Positions 14,974 through 29,536 of a stretch of 64,000 nucleotides of DNA are shown here, one piece after another. A program made the translations under genes and the position numbers. Numbering within the stretch: the first letter of the stretch is position 1; every line of letters begins with the position of its first letter. The notes under the pieces are model-generated. The model saw nothing but the letters and a program-made list of their open reading frames with translations, ran no database searches and was not told the origin of the DNA. The stretch is from Setoptus koraiensis (lineage: Eukaryota > Animalia > Arthropoda): contig CM106585.1 in NCBI GenBank assembly GCA_048013815.1, positions 7,316,001 to 7,380,000 on the forward strand, in the 5' to 3' direction.

Positions 14974-17900
14974 CAGTAGCGATAGTCAAGAGTCATCATT
15001 TATACAACCAACAACGACAACTATGCATGACGGCCAATCGGCCAGCAACACAAAAATACACATTAATGGCTGGCTGCCGATCTCCGGCTCGCATTGTGTA
15101 CAGATATTATATAATATATAATATACATTATATATTATATGTTAGATAATGTACAATCATGTGTGTATTCGACACGAGCCAAACCATTGACACTTATAAC
15201 AATTCTTACATTGGAACCCGTGAACTAAATTGGGGCGCACGCTATCTCGCTCTGTGCTTGTCGATGCCGTGCTCGCGCCGGCTCCCCAACAGTGACTCTC
15301 ACACCTACACACTGTCTGTCGATTGTTGTCAGAGATGCCGGGCGCCGCCGCCACCGGGCCCGGCACGCCTACGCCCGGTCAAACCAATAGACTCTATTGA
15401 ATAGAGGCGCCAGCAACAGCGACAACAACGCCACCATTAGCGACAAAAACAAAAACAACGCCAACATAACAAAAACAAATGAGCCGCTTGGCCTCTTTTC
15501 TTGGCCTCTAGAATCTTGGGTCTAGATAGAAAAAGCGAGCGAGAGGCGAGCGAACAGAGCCAATTGCACGATTGGAAAATCTCTCACAATGGCCCAAATG
15601 GGCGATCGAGGGGCCGAGTTAACTGTTAACGGCTACTCGGCCAGTCTGCCAGTCAGCAAGTGATATCCGTAACGTTACTTCTATTCGGGGGCCCGATCTC
15701 TATTGGCGATGCAAGTCAAGGGGCCCCACGGGAACAGGCGTGCCTCACGCCAGACAGGCCAGCGAAGGCCGGCCCGGCCAATGAGACTGCGAGCCAATGA
15801 CCACAAACGCAGCATCAAGCGAGCAATACAAACAACGCGCGCAGATATGTCCCTCTATATACAGCGACAGAATGGCGGGCAATGGCGAGGAATCGAGCAG
15901 AATTGGTTAGAATTGGGGCCCCAAACAAGAGCGCTTCGACAGTCGACAGTCGACATGCGACTGGGCTCTTTTCCATAATTCAATTCCATTAAGTGTATTC
16001 GTGTGTGTATGTCAACAAAGCCGGCCGAGGAACCGCGCGCCAAGATATGATAAAACAAGCCGGATTTGCAATATATTCGCTCGCTTGTATCCACTGTCGC
16101 TGCACTGCTGCGCAAAATCGCCACCAACTCGCTAGCTGGCGATCGAAATCCAAATCTCGTCCAATTGGCACCAATTGGCACTGGTCGCAACTGGCGACCA
16201 GTGCGCCAACTGTCAGAGGGCGCCGTTCGCTGAGCGTTCTTTAATGCCCCCCACTTATATGATATAAGTTTTATCGCCAACAAGCGGCTATATCTCACTG
16301 CAACACCGCGCAGATACACCGCGTGTAATATTATTTGCACTTGTCCGCTAGCGACTTGTCGGCCGGCCCGGCCGTTATAAGTCACTTGCAAGTTATTACT
16401 TATAACTCGATCTGAGCGTTCGCCTTCATGAGGGCGCACCGCTTTCGAGTGGTTCGTTTTATCCGGATATTGGCCTCAATTGGCCTGGTTGCGCTGGCGG
16501 CCGCAACAATCACGTGTGTCGCGCGCAATAAATAGTTTCTGGCGATTGGCTGGCAACTTAGATTGGTGCAATTGGCTGCAAAAAAGCTGGTCTGCCTGCC
16601 TACTAGGCCATGCTAATCGCTGCAATGGTTAATTGGAGCCGGGCGAGGGGGCCCCCGAGAGCTGACAGCGCCTCGCCGGCGGCTCTGTCACGGGCCGAGG
16701 GTCGCGCCGACAAGTGAGAGACGTCGAGTTATTTTTTGTTGCCTTTTATATTATTCTAATAAAAGCGTCGTCGTGATTATGGGCCCAATGGGTGCCCATC
16801 TGTGTCTTGGCCGGATGCGCGCATCGGATTGGCTGTGCCTGTAAGAGTGCGAAAAACTATTTATACACACCGAAAACTAGCACCGACCATTAACACCATT
16901 TGCACCATTTATGTCGTTTAGCCGGCGGCCACGCCGGAGCATTCATTGGATTTGCACGCACGACGGGCCCCGATGCTGATGAAAGCAAATAAAATAATAA
17001 CCATCGGGCCCGCGATTGCGGCCCGCGCGCGTACAGGCGCGGGTGCCCCCCTTGGGCCGGCGCGCGCCACCAGGACCAAGGACCAACCGACCAACGTGCA
17101 AATCAGTGGCCGGTTGGCTGGCGGCGCACAATTTGCGCGCCACGAACGGGCCCGGACGGGCGCAGGCGGGCCGCGAGAGGCGCCCGAGTGTCTTATTGAC
17201 TTACTGGCGCTATCTGGTGCGGCTAGGCGCTGACGGCGCTGACAGTTGTATTTAAACTAAGCAGCGCAAAACACTTGCTGTCGTCTTATTCATCTCTCGG
17301 CCCCCTTCTTTTGACATTTCTTCGCCAATTTCTATCTCTCGCCACTGTGCCCGTTTTTCGCGACTCGGCGCCTCTTGCCACTGTCCGCTTTGAGACACTG
17401 TGTCCGCTTTGAGGGACTGTCTCCGTCCCGGCGACTCGGCCAGCTAACGTGCGCCAACTAGCGGCGCCACTGGCACCACGTGCCGACTTGGCAATCCGAC
17501 CAATCCAGCCGGCTAGCGCAAATGCCATTCATGTCACGCGCGCATCCGATGGCCCCATCCGGATAAAATCGTGTATGTCGCGCCATAATTCTGTGCGTGC
17601 GTGTGTGTCGGCCAGCCATGGTCTGATAATTTCTTATTTCTTCTCATATCTTTACAAAGACGCTAGCTCGCTATATATAGACGTTATTTTTATTTATTCT
17701 TTCGCTGGTTGGGTGTTACTGTTATTTTGCGTCCGTTGCCGTTGTTGTTGTCGCTGTTGTCGCCGTTGTCGCTGTTGTCGCTGCTGTCGCTGCTGTCCAA
17801 TTGGCAACTCGGGCGGCATCGCCACTCGCATTTGCACTTACAACGCGCGCCAAGACGAGCCACACGTTTTATCGCCTCGACACCATCTCGGCGCCACCGG

Positions 17901-20900
17901 CTTCATGACACACGCTGCTCGTGGGGCCCCTGTCGCTCGTACTGTGCCACTCACACTGTGCCACTCACACTGTGCGACTCATACTACGGGCCTCATACTC
18001 ATGCTACGCGACTCATAGTACGAGACCCACAGTGTGAGGCCCACAGTGCGAGACTCGTAGTAAGAGGCCTGATAGTGAGTGTGAGACACATCGCATGACT
18101 AGTGTGAGTAGTGGCCGGCGAGACAGAGACAGAGATATGAGACAAGAGGCCGCTGCAAATTCAATTTGGCCAACTAAACGAGCGCCGACCCGACGTCACG
18201 TTACGCAACAACTGCCCACTCATGTATATCGATGCAACTGTTTCTTCTATCGTCACCTCTCATTGTGTTTGCGTTCTTTACGTTCTTTGCGTTCTTCGCG
18301 TTCTTCGCGTTCTTCGCGTTCGTGTTCATGTGTACCAGCCACAATTCACTGTTAAGCAAACAAACAAACTAACTAATTCAATAATCTCGGCCCCATTTTT
18401 GACCGTCCTCTGCGCTGTGCGTGGCCCCGTTCGCCGCTACTCCAGTTGGCACACTCCATGCTCGTAATATATCATATATTTTTTTCTTTCATTTGTTTCT
18501 TTCGGTTGCTTCGGTAGCGGTCAGTGGGCCCCGTCGCCTAATTGAACTGAACACACAACAAATCGTGACGAGCCAGCCAAGACAATGCAATTAATTAACA
18601 CCACTATCAGGTGCCAAGCTGGCACCATGCTATTGCACTTGCAGTAATATGACCGTTGTACTAATGTGACGCAATACATGTTGCATTGGCACGGACAAGT
18701 CAACTTGATATCGGTGGTCAGTTTGAATCCATTGGCGTTGACCTGCTCAGCCCTCAGACTGACAAATTGTGAGATAATATTCAGTGTCTTGCCACTTGTT
18801 TTGCCAAGTTATGATACTTTTGAAAACTTTTCTCGCCGTTCAAGAGCGCTAGATGTTGACCGTTCGATAATCATCAATACGCACGCTGTAATATAAAATA
18901 TCGTATTAAATAATGACATTATATCGTTAGTCGTAGCTGTTTATTGCGACAATGTCCGAGTAATTGTGTACAAACGATGCCACATCGCTGATCAGCGTCC
19001 AGCGATGAAACAGAAAAATAAATAACTGCAGCAGCACAAAAAAGCGGCTGGATTACTGGCACTCCATTTGAGCATCTCCATTTTGGGGCCCACAGGCATC
19101 GGAAACACAGAGCAAACAGCCCGAGCAAGCAATTTGGGCATTGGCGAGCAACGGCGGTCGGCATCACATTATCAATGTTTGTTTTGCAAAGTTAATTTAA
19201 ATAACGGCCAACACGGCGTTTATCTCATTGGTGGTCGCCATTGTGCCGCCATGGTGCCAGTTATTTCAGTGTTATGTAACTATTTGTTGTGTCAGTGCTA
19301 GAACAGCAACAGCAACAACAACAACAACGACAGCCACCAAATCAACGACAACCAGCCCATTCACCTGTCCGTGGCTGGCTCAGACTGGCCATTGTTGACA
19401 AGGGACACTTGCTGGTGTTGCCCGTGCGCTGTTACAACATTATTATGCAACCTATTTCGTGCTCATAAGGGCTCGCGCAACCAGCTTGCACGTGACGTTG
19501 TCGTGCAACCTGTCAGCTGACCACTCGGCTGGCCAGTAGCCAGGGGCAGTGTGACTGGTGAGTCACCACTGACTCGGTGGGCGCTATTCGCTCATCGCCG
19601 GCAGTCAGTGTTCGAGATGGCCAATAGCTGTCTGTCTGTCAGCGGTAGCGATAGATTGTTGTTTTCGTGTGTCGTCGTCGACGCAACAACACAAACAAAA
19701 TGAAACGCTGCAATTGTTTACGCAATCTGCAATTTGCATAAACACAACACACGACGCTCTAGCTTTTTTGCGTTCAGCCTCCACCTACTTTTGTTAGTCA
19801 GACGTGATATAAACAATAAGCGAGCCATACCGTCACGTACTGGCTAACCGAACGGCTGATTGGAGGGCAAACAGAGCGAGCCATTTTTTCTGTCTCATCG
19901 ACGATGTTCGTGGGTGTTGTTTGTCGGTGGGCAAAGGGGCTTTTTGTGCAAATTGCACGCCGAGACTGGCCGAAAATGCGACTGGCACTGCACGAGTCGG
20001 CCCCATTGTTACGCCGGCCGTATTACAAGCGTATTGTTGTTGACCCAACAACAATGTAATTATTGATAGACTGTCTGAATGGCAACATGCCAATATCTGG
20101 CTCAACTCTAATTATGTCTGACAAGTGCAAGCACACGACATCTCGTTATGTTGGCAACTTGTAGGTTGCACCAACTGGCGGCTATCTCGTCAGAGTGGCG
20201 CCGGTAATGCAGTCGAGCCCATTGTTTTGCAGCCAATGATTGGTTGGTGCGGCGCCGGCCGATACGTGGCCCAGTAATTGGGCCGATCATCACAAATTGA
20301 AAGAGCGGCCTCGTTTTTTTAATATCAATTTGCGCCACCCCCCCCCCTTGGCCTTCATGCAAACAACTGTGGCACTTATTATCTGGCTCGTTCGCTATTG
20401 TAGCGCCACAATTGAGTTGCGGGGGCCGCACGCTTGCAGCGAAGGCCGGTAAGGGATTAGTTTAGCCATGAAATTGGGGCCACGAGTTTGGGTCCGCGTG
20501 TTTGGGCCCGCGTGTTTGGGGCCGCAAGTTTGAGGCGACGAGTTTGGGGCCATGAGAGGGCCATGCGAGAGGAACAAAAAATCAAATGATTGATTATTGA
20601 TGCCGACGACGCAATGATGATTCACTGCTGCCGTGAGATGTAGCCATTGGCTGTCAGCCGGTGGCCGTATGAGGCGCGCGTCGCACACCGAGAGGCCGCC
20701 CAAGAGAATAGACAATCTAATCATGAGCAGCTTATTTTTTGCACTTTTAGCGCCATCTATCTAATCAGCCTAATTGGCCCGGGGCCCCAGTTCAGGCGAG
20801 CTGGGCACTTGTGTGTGTGTGTGGCTGTGGCAAGGCTCTTGTAACACACAACAGTGGCAGTGTGGTGCCATATTGTTTGTTTGGGGCGCTTCTGTGCCGC

Positions 20901-21029
20901 TTCAGCAGCTGTTAATAGCGAGAAGTGGAGCAACTGCCAGCAATGCGACTGCACTGAACATTAAGCTGCACTCGATTGTAACAAAACGAACACGCCAGAA
21001 GTGGTGGTCATTTGTAATGGTTAATTGCG

Positions 21030-21030
21030 C

Positions 21031-21110
<80 letters not shown>
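21030..21110. repeat. (CAA)27 microsatellite
   Basis: Perfect 81-nt CAA run. Confidence 0.95.
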
Positions 21111-21112
<2 letters not shown>

Positions 21113-23753
21113 GCACTTGCCAGATGTTTGAGAGGCTACGCAAAATGAGCCACCGAGAGAAACGCAAACAGAGGAATGATGCAGCGACCAGGGCGACACG
21201 CGGGCCAAATTTAGAGAATCGTGATTGATGGTCACTGATAATAGTATCATATCATTGCCGTTGTAACAAAAACAGCTTGCTTGTTGCACTGCAACAATGC
21301 CACTCGAATAGAAACAACAACAACAACAACGAACCAACAACAGCAACGCTAACAAGCTCTTGCGGTGCGATTATGCTGAGGCCCTGGCAAAGTTAGTCGC
21401 CGCTAGGATGTTAGTTGTGCGCCCTCATTCGCTTACCGTGCGCCGTTATGGGGCCTCTGCCGCGGCGAGCAAATACAATAATACTAATAATACTAATAAT
21501 ACCGAGCAGCAATAACAATAATTGCCACTCTTTCGCTCGCTACTTCTCCGGCTCGCCGTTTCGCTGGCTCGCTACTTCTCCGCATGGCTCAATGGATGGC
21601 TAATTTAAGCAATCTAGCCAATCCAATTGAGCGCTGGCTGGCCTTGTTTACGGGCCATTATAAAGTGTGCTTATAAACGTTGCCACCATCGGGCCCCATA
21701 ACGGTGACGTACGTAAGCCGGCGTGTGTGTGTGTCATGCGAAATGCGTCTGTTTGCCTGATGATCGATGGATCGCCATTGTATTTATATATGGGCCTCAC
21801 ACGAGCTTACAAAAATCACACTATTACATAAATTATATATAGACATGCAGGATCTAATTATATCGAGTGTGTTGTGGGCGCTAATTGCCCAAAACAACCG
21901 GCAACCACCGAAGCAACAACCGCATTTGGCGCATCTGCAAGCCGCAAAGGTGTTGCAAATTGGCCGCCAGCTTAGTGCACACTCCCACACACTCACACGG
22001 GCGATCTAATGAGGGCGAAATCAAAATCTGAACAACTGAGCAAGAAACCAGAGGACGCGTTCGTTCACGCGTCACCGGACACAAACTTTGCTCGGCTCGA
22101 AAACACTTGCTGCTGGCATAAGTTGCTGTTAACTCGCCACTATCAAGTGCAGCCAGCAAATCATTAAAAGCGGCTCAGCTCGCCATCATTAGCCGCTGTG
22201 CACAGCGATGATGATGGTTTTCTTCATTATATTTGCATACTTTATCCGCGCACCGGCCTGTTTGTGCCCTACAAAGACACTGTTTGTGCCTTGCGCGGCC
22301 ACAGGCCGTCTGGTGGTCAAGTCGGCCAACGATACAATTTGTTGCTGGCAGTGATACTTGTGGTAATATAAGACACAAGTCTGGATATTAGATTGCCTAT
22401 TACATAATTATTACTATATTATTGTTATTGTTATTCTGTGCCCAAGCGCAGCGCCAGTAATAATAATAGTTGCCAGCAATGCGACGCGACCGGCTCCCCA
22501 ACAGCGGCTCCCCAACAGCGGCTCGCAATAGTATATAATATAGTAATATAGTATAATATTACTATTATATAATTGCAATATTATTATTATATAATTGTAA
22601 TATTACTATTATATGATAGTAATGTCGCGCAAGTATCGGATATCGCGCGCGCGCGCCCCCAATAGCGCCCGCCATAGAACGGGGCGGATAATTTGCGGCG
22701 CCTCTGTCAGTGGGAGTTGTGTTGCACTTGGCGTGGTTGCTGAAACGATTGCACGGGCGATGCAAAACAGCGCCAGGCTGGCCCGTGTGCGTGGAGCAAG
22801 CAGAGCGCAGGTTGCGGTTTGGGGCCTCGTGGCGGCCATTGTGGGGCCCGCGAACGTAGAATGTGGCCCAATAACAGCGTAGAATGTGGCACAATAACAG
22901 TGTAGAGGAGACTCTCTGGTCAGTTATGCCGGCCAGAGACAAACAACAAAAAGAATGAGAGCGAGATAAGTCGCTCGCCGACTCGCCGACTGGCCAGCAG
23001 CGAATAACGGCAAATCATGTAAAGCGAGCGCCTAGCCGGATACCAACTGGTGAACCAAGCGGCGCGCCAACGAATTAGGCTGGCTGCCATTTTACCCTTG
23101 GGCCCAGGCGAACAATGCCCCACTGGCGGGCCCCAGCTTAGCCCCGTCCGATGGGGCCAGCTTAGCGTTCGGTCAGTTCAGTTGTGTGTGTGTGTGTGTG
23201 TGTGTGTGCTGCTGGTGAGAGGAAAAATGATTGTTCCGATTCTCTGCCAATAGTAATGATCTTGGCGCCGAAATCTTGTGCCTCTCAACTGGCACTGAGC
23301 TGGCAACTCTTGTCGTGGCGATTGGGAAATTCCTCCGATAGCAACCTGCTACTCACAGGCTCACTAGCTCACAGGCTGCCGAGGCTCAGTCGGGGCCCCC
23401 GTGGTCGGTGGCTCGGTGCGAATGGCAGCGCAAATCGCACACATAGCAGCACAACTGGCGGCCAATGTGTAAATCATTTTGGTCGGCCAGTCAGCTTTGT
23501 CTTCTTATCGAGGCTTTTCTTTGCTCGGCATCGGGCCCCACTTTGGCCGGCCCCGCTTGCGACGCGCACAAGCGGGCCAAGCTTAGCGCTTCAGCAGGCC
23601 ACCAGCCACTGGCCAGCGACCAACGGGTAGCCGGCCAAGCGAATAGCGGGCCAATGCAAGCACGTTGCACTGCAACGGTTCGAGCGAGCCAGAGATGATA
23701 ATTGCCTTTGCTGTCGTTTATCTTCTTTTCTGGCTCACTTGCACTAGTTAGCG

Positions 23754-23758
<5 letters not shown>

Positions 23759-23816
<58 letters not shown>
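23759..23816. repeat. (TG)n microsatellite
   Basis: Perfect TG run followed by a degenerate tail. Confidence 0.95.
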
Positions 23817-23821
<5 letters not shown>

Positions 23822-26319
23822 GCGTGTGTACGAGTGTGTGTGATCGCTTTCAGGTCGGCTGGCTCAAGTCGAGCTGGCAAATGGAGCTGGCCAGTGATTG
23901 CAGCCGACGGAACTCGGCGAGGCCCGACGGGGCCAGCAGCAGCAGCGAAGATTGTTAATCTCTCATATCTTTACTTACGCTCGTGGCCCCCCGATCCTCG
24001 GTAAGACTGCGCGCTGAAAATCCGCCCAACGAGCTGGCGGAAGGGCCAGCTTTGGGCCTCGCTGGGCTCGAGCGCCGAGCGGACTTGCGGGCGCACAAAG
24101 GCCCCTTTTAATCTTGTTGTTGTCGGCCACTCGAGCCAGTTGTTGGCCAATTAACCATTTCACCAGATTTCACCATTTCACCATTTTGCCGTTTCGCCGT
24201 TTCGCCATTTCGCCATTTCACTGCGGCCAGCCGGACACGCCGACGGATCTCGCGAGAGCGACGGTCTCGCTGACCAGCTTGCGCTCGGCAACAATTGAAC
24301 CAGCCACTGCGGCCCCACCGAACCAACAGCCAGCGAGGGCCCATAAGCCGCCTCGGCCATATGACTCATATGAAATGAGGCGCTGCTTTCGAGAGGGGCT
24401 CCAATCACTGGCCACTAGCTCGTTATTGGCCGATATTGTAACTCTCAACACTAACGCCGGCTTGACGATCTCGCTTCGGGGCGCTTCGCCCCATCTGGCC
24501 GAATGATTGGAATTGAGATTGGGAGAAAAACGGCGCCGGCTATTATAAAATTTGTGTGCTCAGGCGCTTTCATCAAGCCAACTAAGTGGTGGCGCCCGTT
24601 CCCTTGTGTGACACACGAGTTGTATGTAGAGACGTGCGTACAAACTCGTGTCTGACACTTTTATTTCGCCAAACAATTCTTTCTCTATTGTCACTAAAGC
24701 CTCTGGGCGCTTCACTGTGCCCAATTGGGCGACTGGGGCGCCTCTCATGGCCACCGGCGAGTGTATTGTGGGCTCGCTCACAGTTTGTGATGAGAGTTGG
24801 GCGTTTTTTTGGCTTTTGGCAAAATAGCGAAGCAACAGCGCAAACTGATGCGCAATTTGGGGCCCGTCTATTAGTTTTTAATCTTTGCCAGCAGCCAGTT
24901 AGTGGCGAAAGTGGTAACTGTAGCAAATTGATTCGTTGCAAAGGGGCAAAGGCTCTGTTGAGGAGCGCGCCTGGCGTCGTTACTGACGCGGGCAGGTAAT
25001 CCGGTGCCAGTATATATACGCCGGCTGGTTGATAGACACGCCACACAATAGAGCCAATTAATCTGGAATTTAGAGACTCTCAGTCTGAGAGTCTCAGATG
25101 TGGCCAAAGGAAGCCAAAGGGAGCCAAAGGGAGCCAAACAGAGCCGAACACGGGGGCCGATGGGCCCCAAATAAAGTCGATGCGACTGTGGCGACACTGG
25201 CACAACGATGGCAGCGACAGCAACGACAACAACTGCGACACAGCAACGAGCCAAGACAATTGCAAATCGCATAAGTGGCCCCAATCACTTGTGAGTCACA
25301 AGTTGTGACAATTGTGCGGCCGACGGGCTCAAGTGGGGGCGCCATCACGCACACCAGCGAGTGTCAAGCAACGATGTTGGTGTTGGCGAGGCCGTTTGAT
25401 TTGCATAGTCGCTGTTGGGGGTGTCGTTGTGGCCGTTTGTGGGGCCAGGTTACCTTGCGATAGCTTGACATGTATTTAATCTCATTAGGGCCAGTAAACA
25501 TTGTAGACTGTGTTTCTCGTATTTGGCTCGCTGCGGCTCACTGATACCGATTTGTGTGTGAGCTGTGTCATTATGTCATAAGTCAGTCAGTTTGTTAGCC
25601 GCGTTTAGCTCGTTTTGCATGTTACTCGACGCTCGAGTGTTTAATGGCACAACAACAACAACAACAACAACAGCAACGGCCACAGCGTCGGCAACTGACA
25701 CGGCCTAAAAGGGGGCCACCATCATTACCGATTCACCGACACATTCCAACGACAGCAACAACAGCGCCAGCAGCAACAACAGCCGCAACAACCACAACAA
25801 CCACAGCAACGGCAACTGGCAATTGTTGGCCAGTTTGCGCTGTTGTGTCCAAGTGCAACTAATGCCGGCGCAAAACCTGAGTAACGACGCACAATGTTGC
25901 TAATAGCCCCCACAGGCCTCAGCGGCCTGGCCAGCGTCTGGCCAGAGTTTAATGGCGAGCCAGCCAGGCCAAGAATGGTCACAGATTGGGGCTGCCCGCT
26001 TGTTTGTTGGGGCCCCAATCTGAGACAACCCGAGACAACACAACATAATAGTGGCGCGCTAATGTTGCAGCGACACTGTGCGGCATGTTGTTCGCAGCGC
26101 CAGATTGAACTTTATTGGGGTGCCGCCATCGTTTGGGGGCCCCAATGGCGGTCGTATGGCGGGCCATGGCGGTCGCTTATGGTGGCGGCAGGGCATTGTA
26201 ACACAACATTATAGAATGCAAATTTGCGTGTTGTTGCGAGTGCTGTCAGCGGTGGCCAGTGATTAATTGAGTGAACATTGCCCGACACTTTGCACCGAGG
26301 CAACCCTTTTTCAGCCAAT

Positions 26320-26350
<31 letters not shown>

Positions 26351-29300
26351 GTCCGTATATCTCTCTGCGTACATCTCTGTGCGCCACATATACGCACAGG
26401 GATATACGCAGCGAGAGAGGCCCGCCTTGGGAGCCCTATCATCGTCCGTTGGCGCTGGTGGTATTCGCATGAGTAGCAGGCTGTTATATTTATATGTTAT
26501 GGATTTATCTGCGGCCGGCGCGTGTATAACCGACAGTTTACATGCCGCGCCGGAGTTGCACACTGAGGCGTGGGGCCCCACTGGCCCCACTGGCTCTATA
26601 TGCCCTGCACATGCCATGCATCTATGCTATCTAGGTGCTATGCAGGCAGTGCGAGCCTCTCTATTCATGTGGGCCCATTTACATGCTTTAGATAATAATG
26701 TCGCTGCTTTTAGCAAGGCGCGGAGTGCGTGCGTTCGGCCAACAACCGGTTATGAGTTAGCCCGAGTTGTCACTCTGTCAGAGCACACTGTCATAGCATT
26801 ACAACAGGAAGACAGAGACTGTTTTGTGTTGTTTATGTCCTTCCTGTTGGTAACGGCCAAAATCTCTCTCTCTCTCTCTGCCTAGGCGTGTTTGTTGGTA
26901 TTGCCGTTAGCCGACTTTGGCAGCACTCGGAATGGCGCCCCAAAACTCGTACTCGGCACTTGTAACTCCGTTTCGACTCGTGCCACTGATATAATAAACA
27001 ATATATATATATGATATTTTTGTTGCTGCAAGTCGTGCAAGCGCGCCCGCCAAAGCATCTCACACAAACAATAATGATGATTATTGACGGTTATGCAACA
27101 GCGGCCAGCTAGCGGCAAACAAATGCAACTAGTTATTAGGCATTTAGGTTATTATTGTGTATCAGGCGCTTGATTCTTAGCAGCATAAACTAACAATATA
27201 CCACTGTATATACAATGTACTGTGTGTTGGTTATATAACTGTTACTGTGCTCGTGTCAGTAGTGACCGTGCCAACGTGCAGAGTGAGATATCAACATACA
27301 TATCAAATGCTGCTTGCAAATGGCAAACGGCAAACAGCAAACAGCAAACTGGCCCCTTCATTTTGCTGCCGCCAGCAAAATAGGCGCCAAGGAGATAGAT
27401 TTTGCGCAACGTGCACAAGTCAACAACAATGTTACGTTACGTAATGTGCCATATTCCCGTTAGATAATGCACATTGCGTAATGTTTGTGTGTGAGTGTGT
27501 GCTGCACAACAGCAACAACTACGGCACCAACAACAACAACAACGGCAACAACAACAACAACAACAGCGACTGACTCCATTTATTCAAATGCAATCAGACC
27601 GACCAGCCAGCCAGCGACTAAGCGAGCCAGCGAGCTACACTAAATCGAATTGATGGCTTCTCTTTACGCCTAGATGAATCTGACTTGTTCGCCGCACGCA
27701 CAGGCCAGCCAGCCGGCCGAGCCTCGCAGTTGCTGATGCCGGCCCCCGCTCACTGCACGGCCAGTCAGAGAAACGACGCGCCAGAGGAACGACGCGCCAG
27801 TAGAAACAAGGGCGCAAGAAAGAACGTTCGAGCAAAGTCAGGGCAACGGATGAACGAGCGACAGAAAGAAGCGACCGACGTCACACGCTCGCCAGAGAAC
27901 GCGGCCAAGAATAACGGGCGCACACATAACGGGCACAGCCGAGAATATAATAAGAATAAGAACGACAATGAATGCTGCTCTCTCTATGGATTACTCCATC
28001 AATTTGTATGATAATCAACTTTGATCTAGCCACCGCCATCAGCGCGCCCCATTCGAAGCCCGCCACTGCTGGCGCCACTGCTGCTGCCACTGCACAACAG
28101 CCAACACAAGAGAACGCTCACCTCTAATGACCTCAGTTGGGGCCCGCATTAGCTTCGCGCCTTCTTTTGCGCGCCAAAGCAAAGCAGTCTTGGCCAAAGC
28201 CAGTGGGCCTCGCACGGGCCCCGCAGTGAGCTGGAGTGGCGCCGTCTAGCCGACGATCCGTGTAACTGATTACACACAAGCGAATCACAAACGCGCCCGT
28301 GGCACCTTTAAGTGGCCAATGTGCCATCGTATAAGCTATTGTATCAATTAAACACCAGTCTATTTTTTGGCTTATCTTTTTCACTCGCTCTCTGCTAGTT
28401 TCGTGTTCGTGGCCAGTGGATGCCCTTTCTAATGTTTCAACTGGAATTAGAGAAGTAGTCTAGAAAGTTATCGCGACCCCAGAGTCTGCGCTCCAGAGTC
28501 TGCAGTTACGTTGACCATTGGCGAGTAGATTATCCGCTCAACGTCAAAATCAGTCCAAATGCACACCGAGCACATTGTTAACAATGCTTCCTTGACAATA
28601 TAAAACTATCATTGTCATATATAAATATATCACAATAGATTAGCGATGGCTGGGCGCTTATTGTCAGATTATTTCGTTGCGAACTGGATTTGCACCAAAT
28701 TTTTCGGCCAAAACCCTCAAAAGCCGAAGCGAAAATTCAGCGAAAAGCCAGCTGAAAATAAATGCCTGTAAGAAGCTTCGAATGAGAATCTTAAGTAACA
28801 ATCGACTTGCTCATTCCTATAGAAGCCATTCGCCCACTTGGCCCCGGCGATGACATTTGACTGTAATGATGAGACTCTAATCATTAGAGAACGCCAACGG
28901 GTGGGTGCAAATGAGCTTTTGGCTGTCTGTCGAATTGAAAATTGCAGCGACACAAGCACAATAACTCAATATAATAACTATACCTAATGTAATAATAATA
29001 TAAAATAATAATCTGCACACAATGTCGCGCAAATATATAACAACATATTGGTGCCACTCTATTACGATTGGTGCCGGTTCATCAGAATAGCCAGGCTGCA
29101 ACCAATCACGATATTGGAGAATCATATTAAAGTTCAGCTCACGAAGCTAGTTTGCGTGAATATCCCACTATTGTCTTGTTACAGGAATTGGTGTGGCGCG
29201 TGAACACTTGAAACGCTAGTCACAAATCCATATGAGACTACATCTTGATAAGGTTTACGCGTGAATATTAGTTAACGTTTCGTTTGGATCGTTGTTGTGT

Positions 29301-29444
29301 TGTGGCCATTTCAGCCTTTTCAAGTACGACTTGCATAAGGAATAGATTGAAAAATTGGGCACCAATTCGATTTATTTGTTGTTGTTTGGCCAATTGCGAC
29401 AGTACAACAGTCCAGTGAGAAAGGAACAGGCACAAGAGGGCGAC

Positions 29445-29536
29445 ACTTGCATGATCCAAGTTGGATCATGCAAGTTGGATCATGCAAGTTGGATCATGCA
29501 AGTTGGATCATGCAAGTTGGATCATGCAAGTTGGAT
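29445..29536. repeat. 14-bp minisatellite (CAAGTTGGATCATG) x~5.7 preceded by one inverted unit
   Basis: Tandem units at 29457-29536. ACTTGCATGATCCAA (29445-29459) is the exact reverse complement of 29461-29475. Confidence 0.9.
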
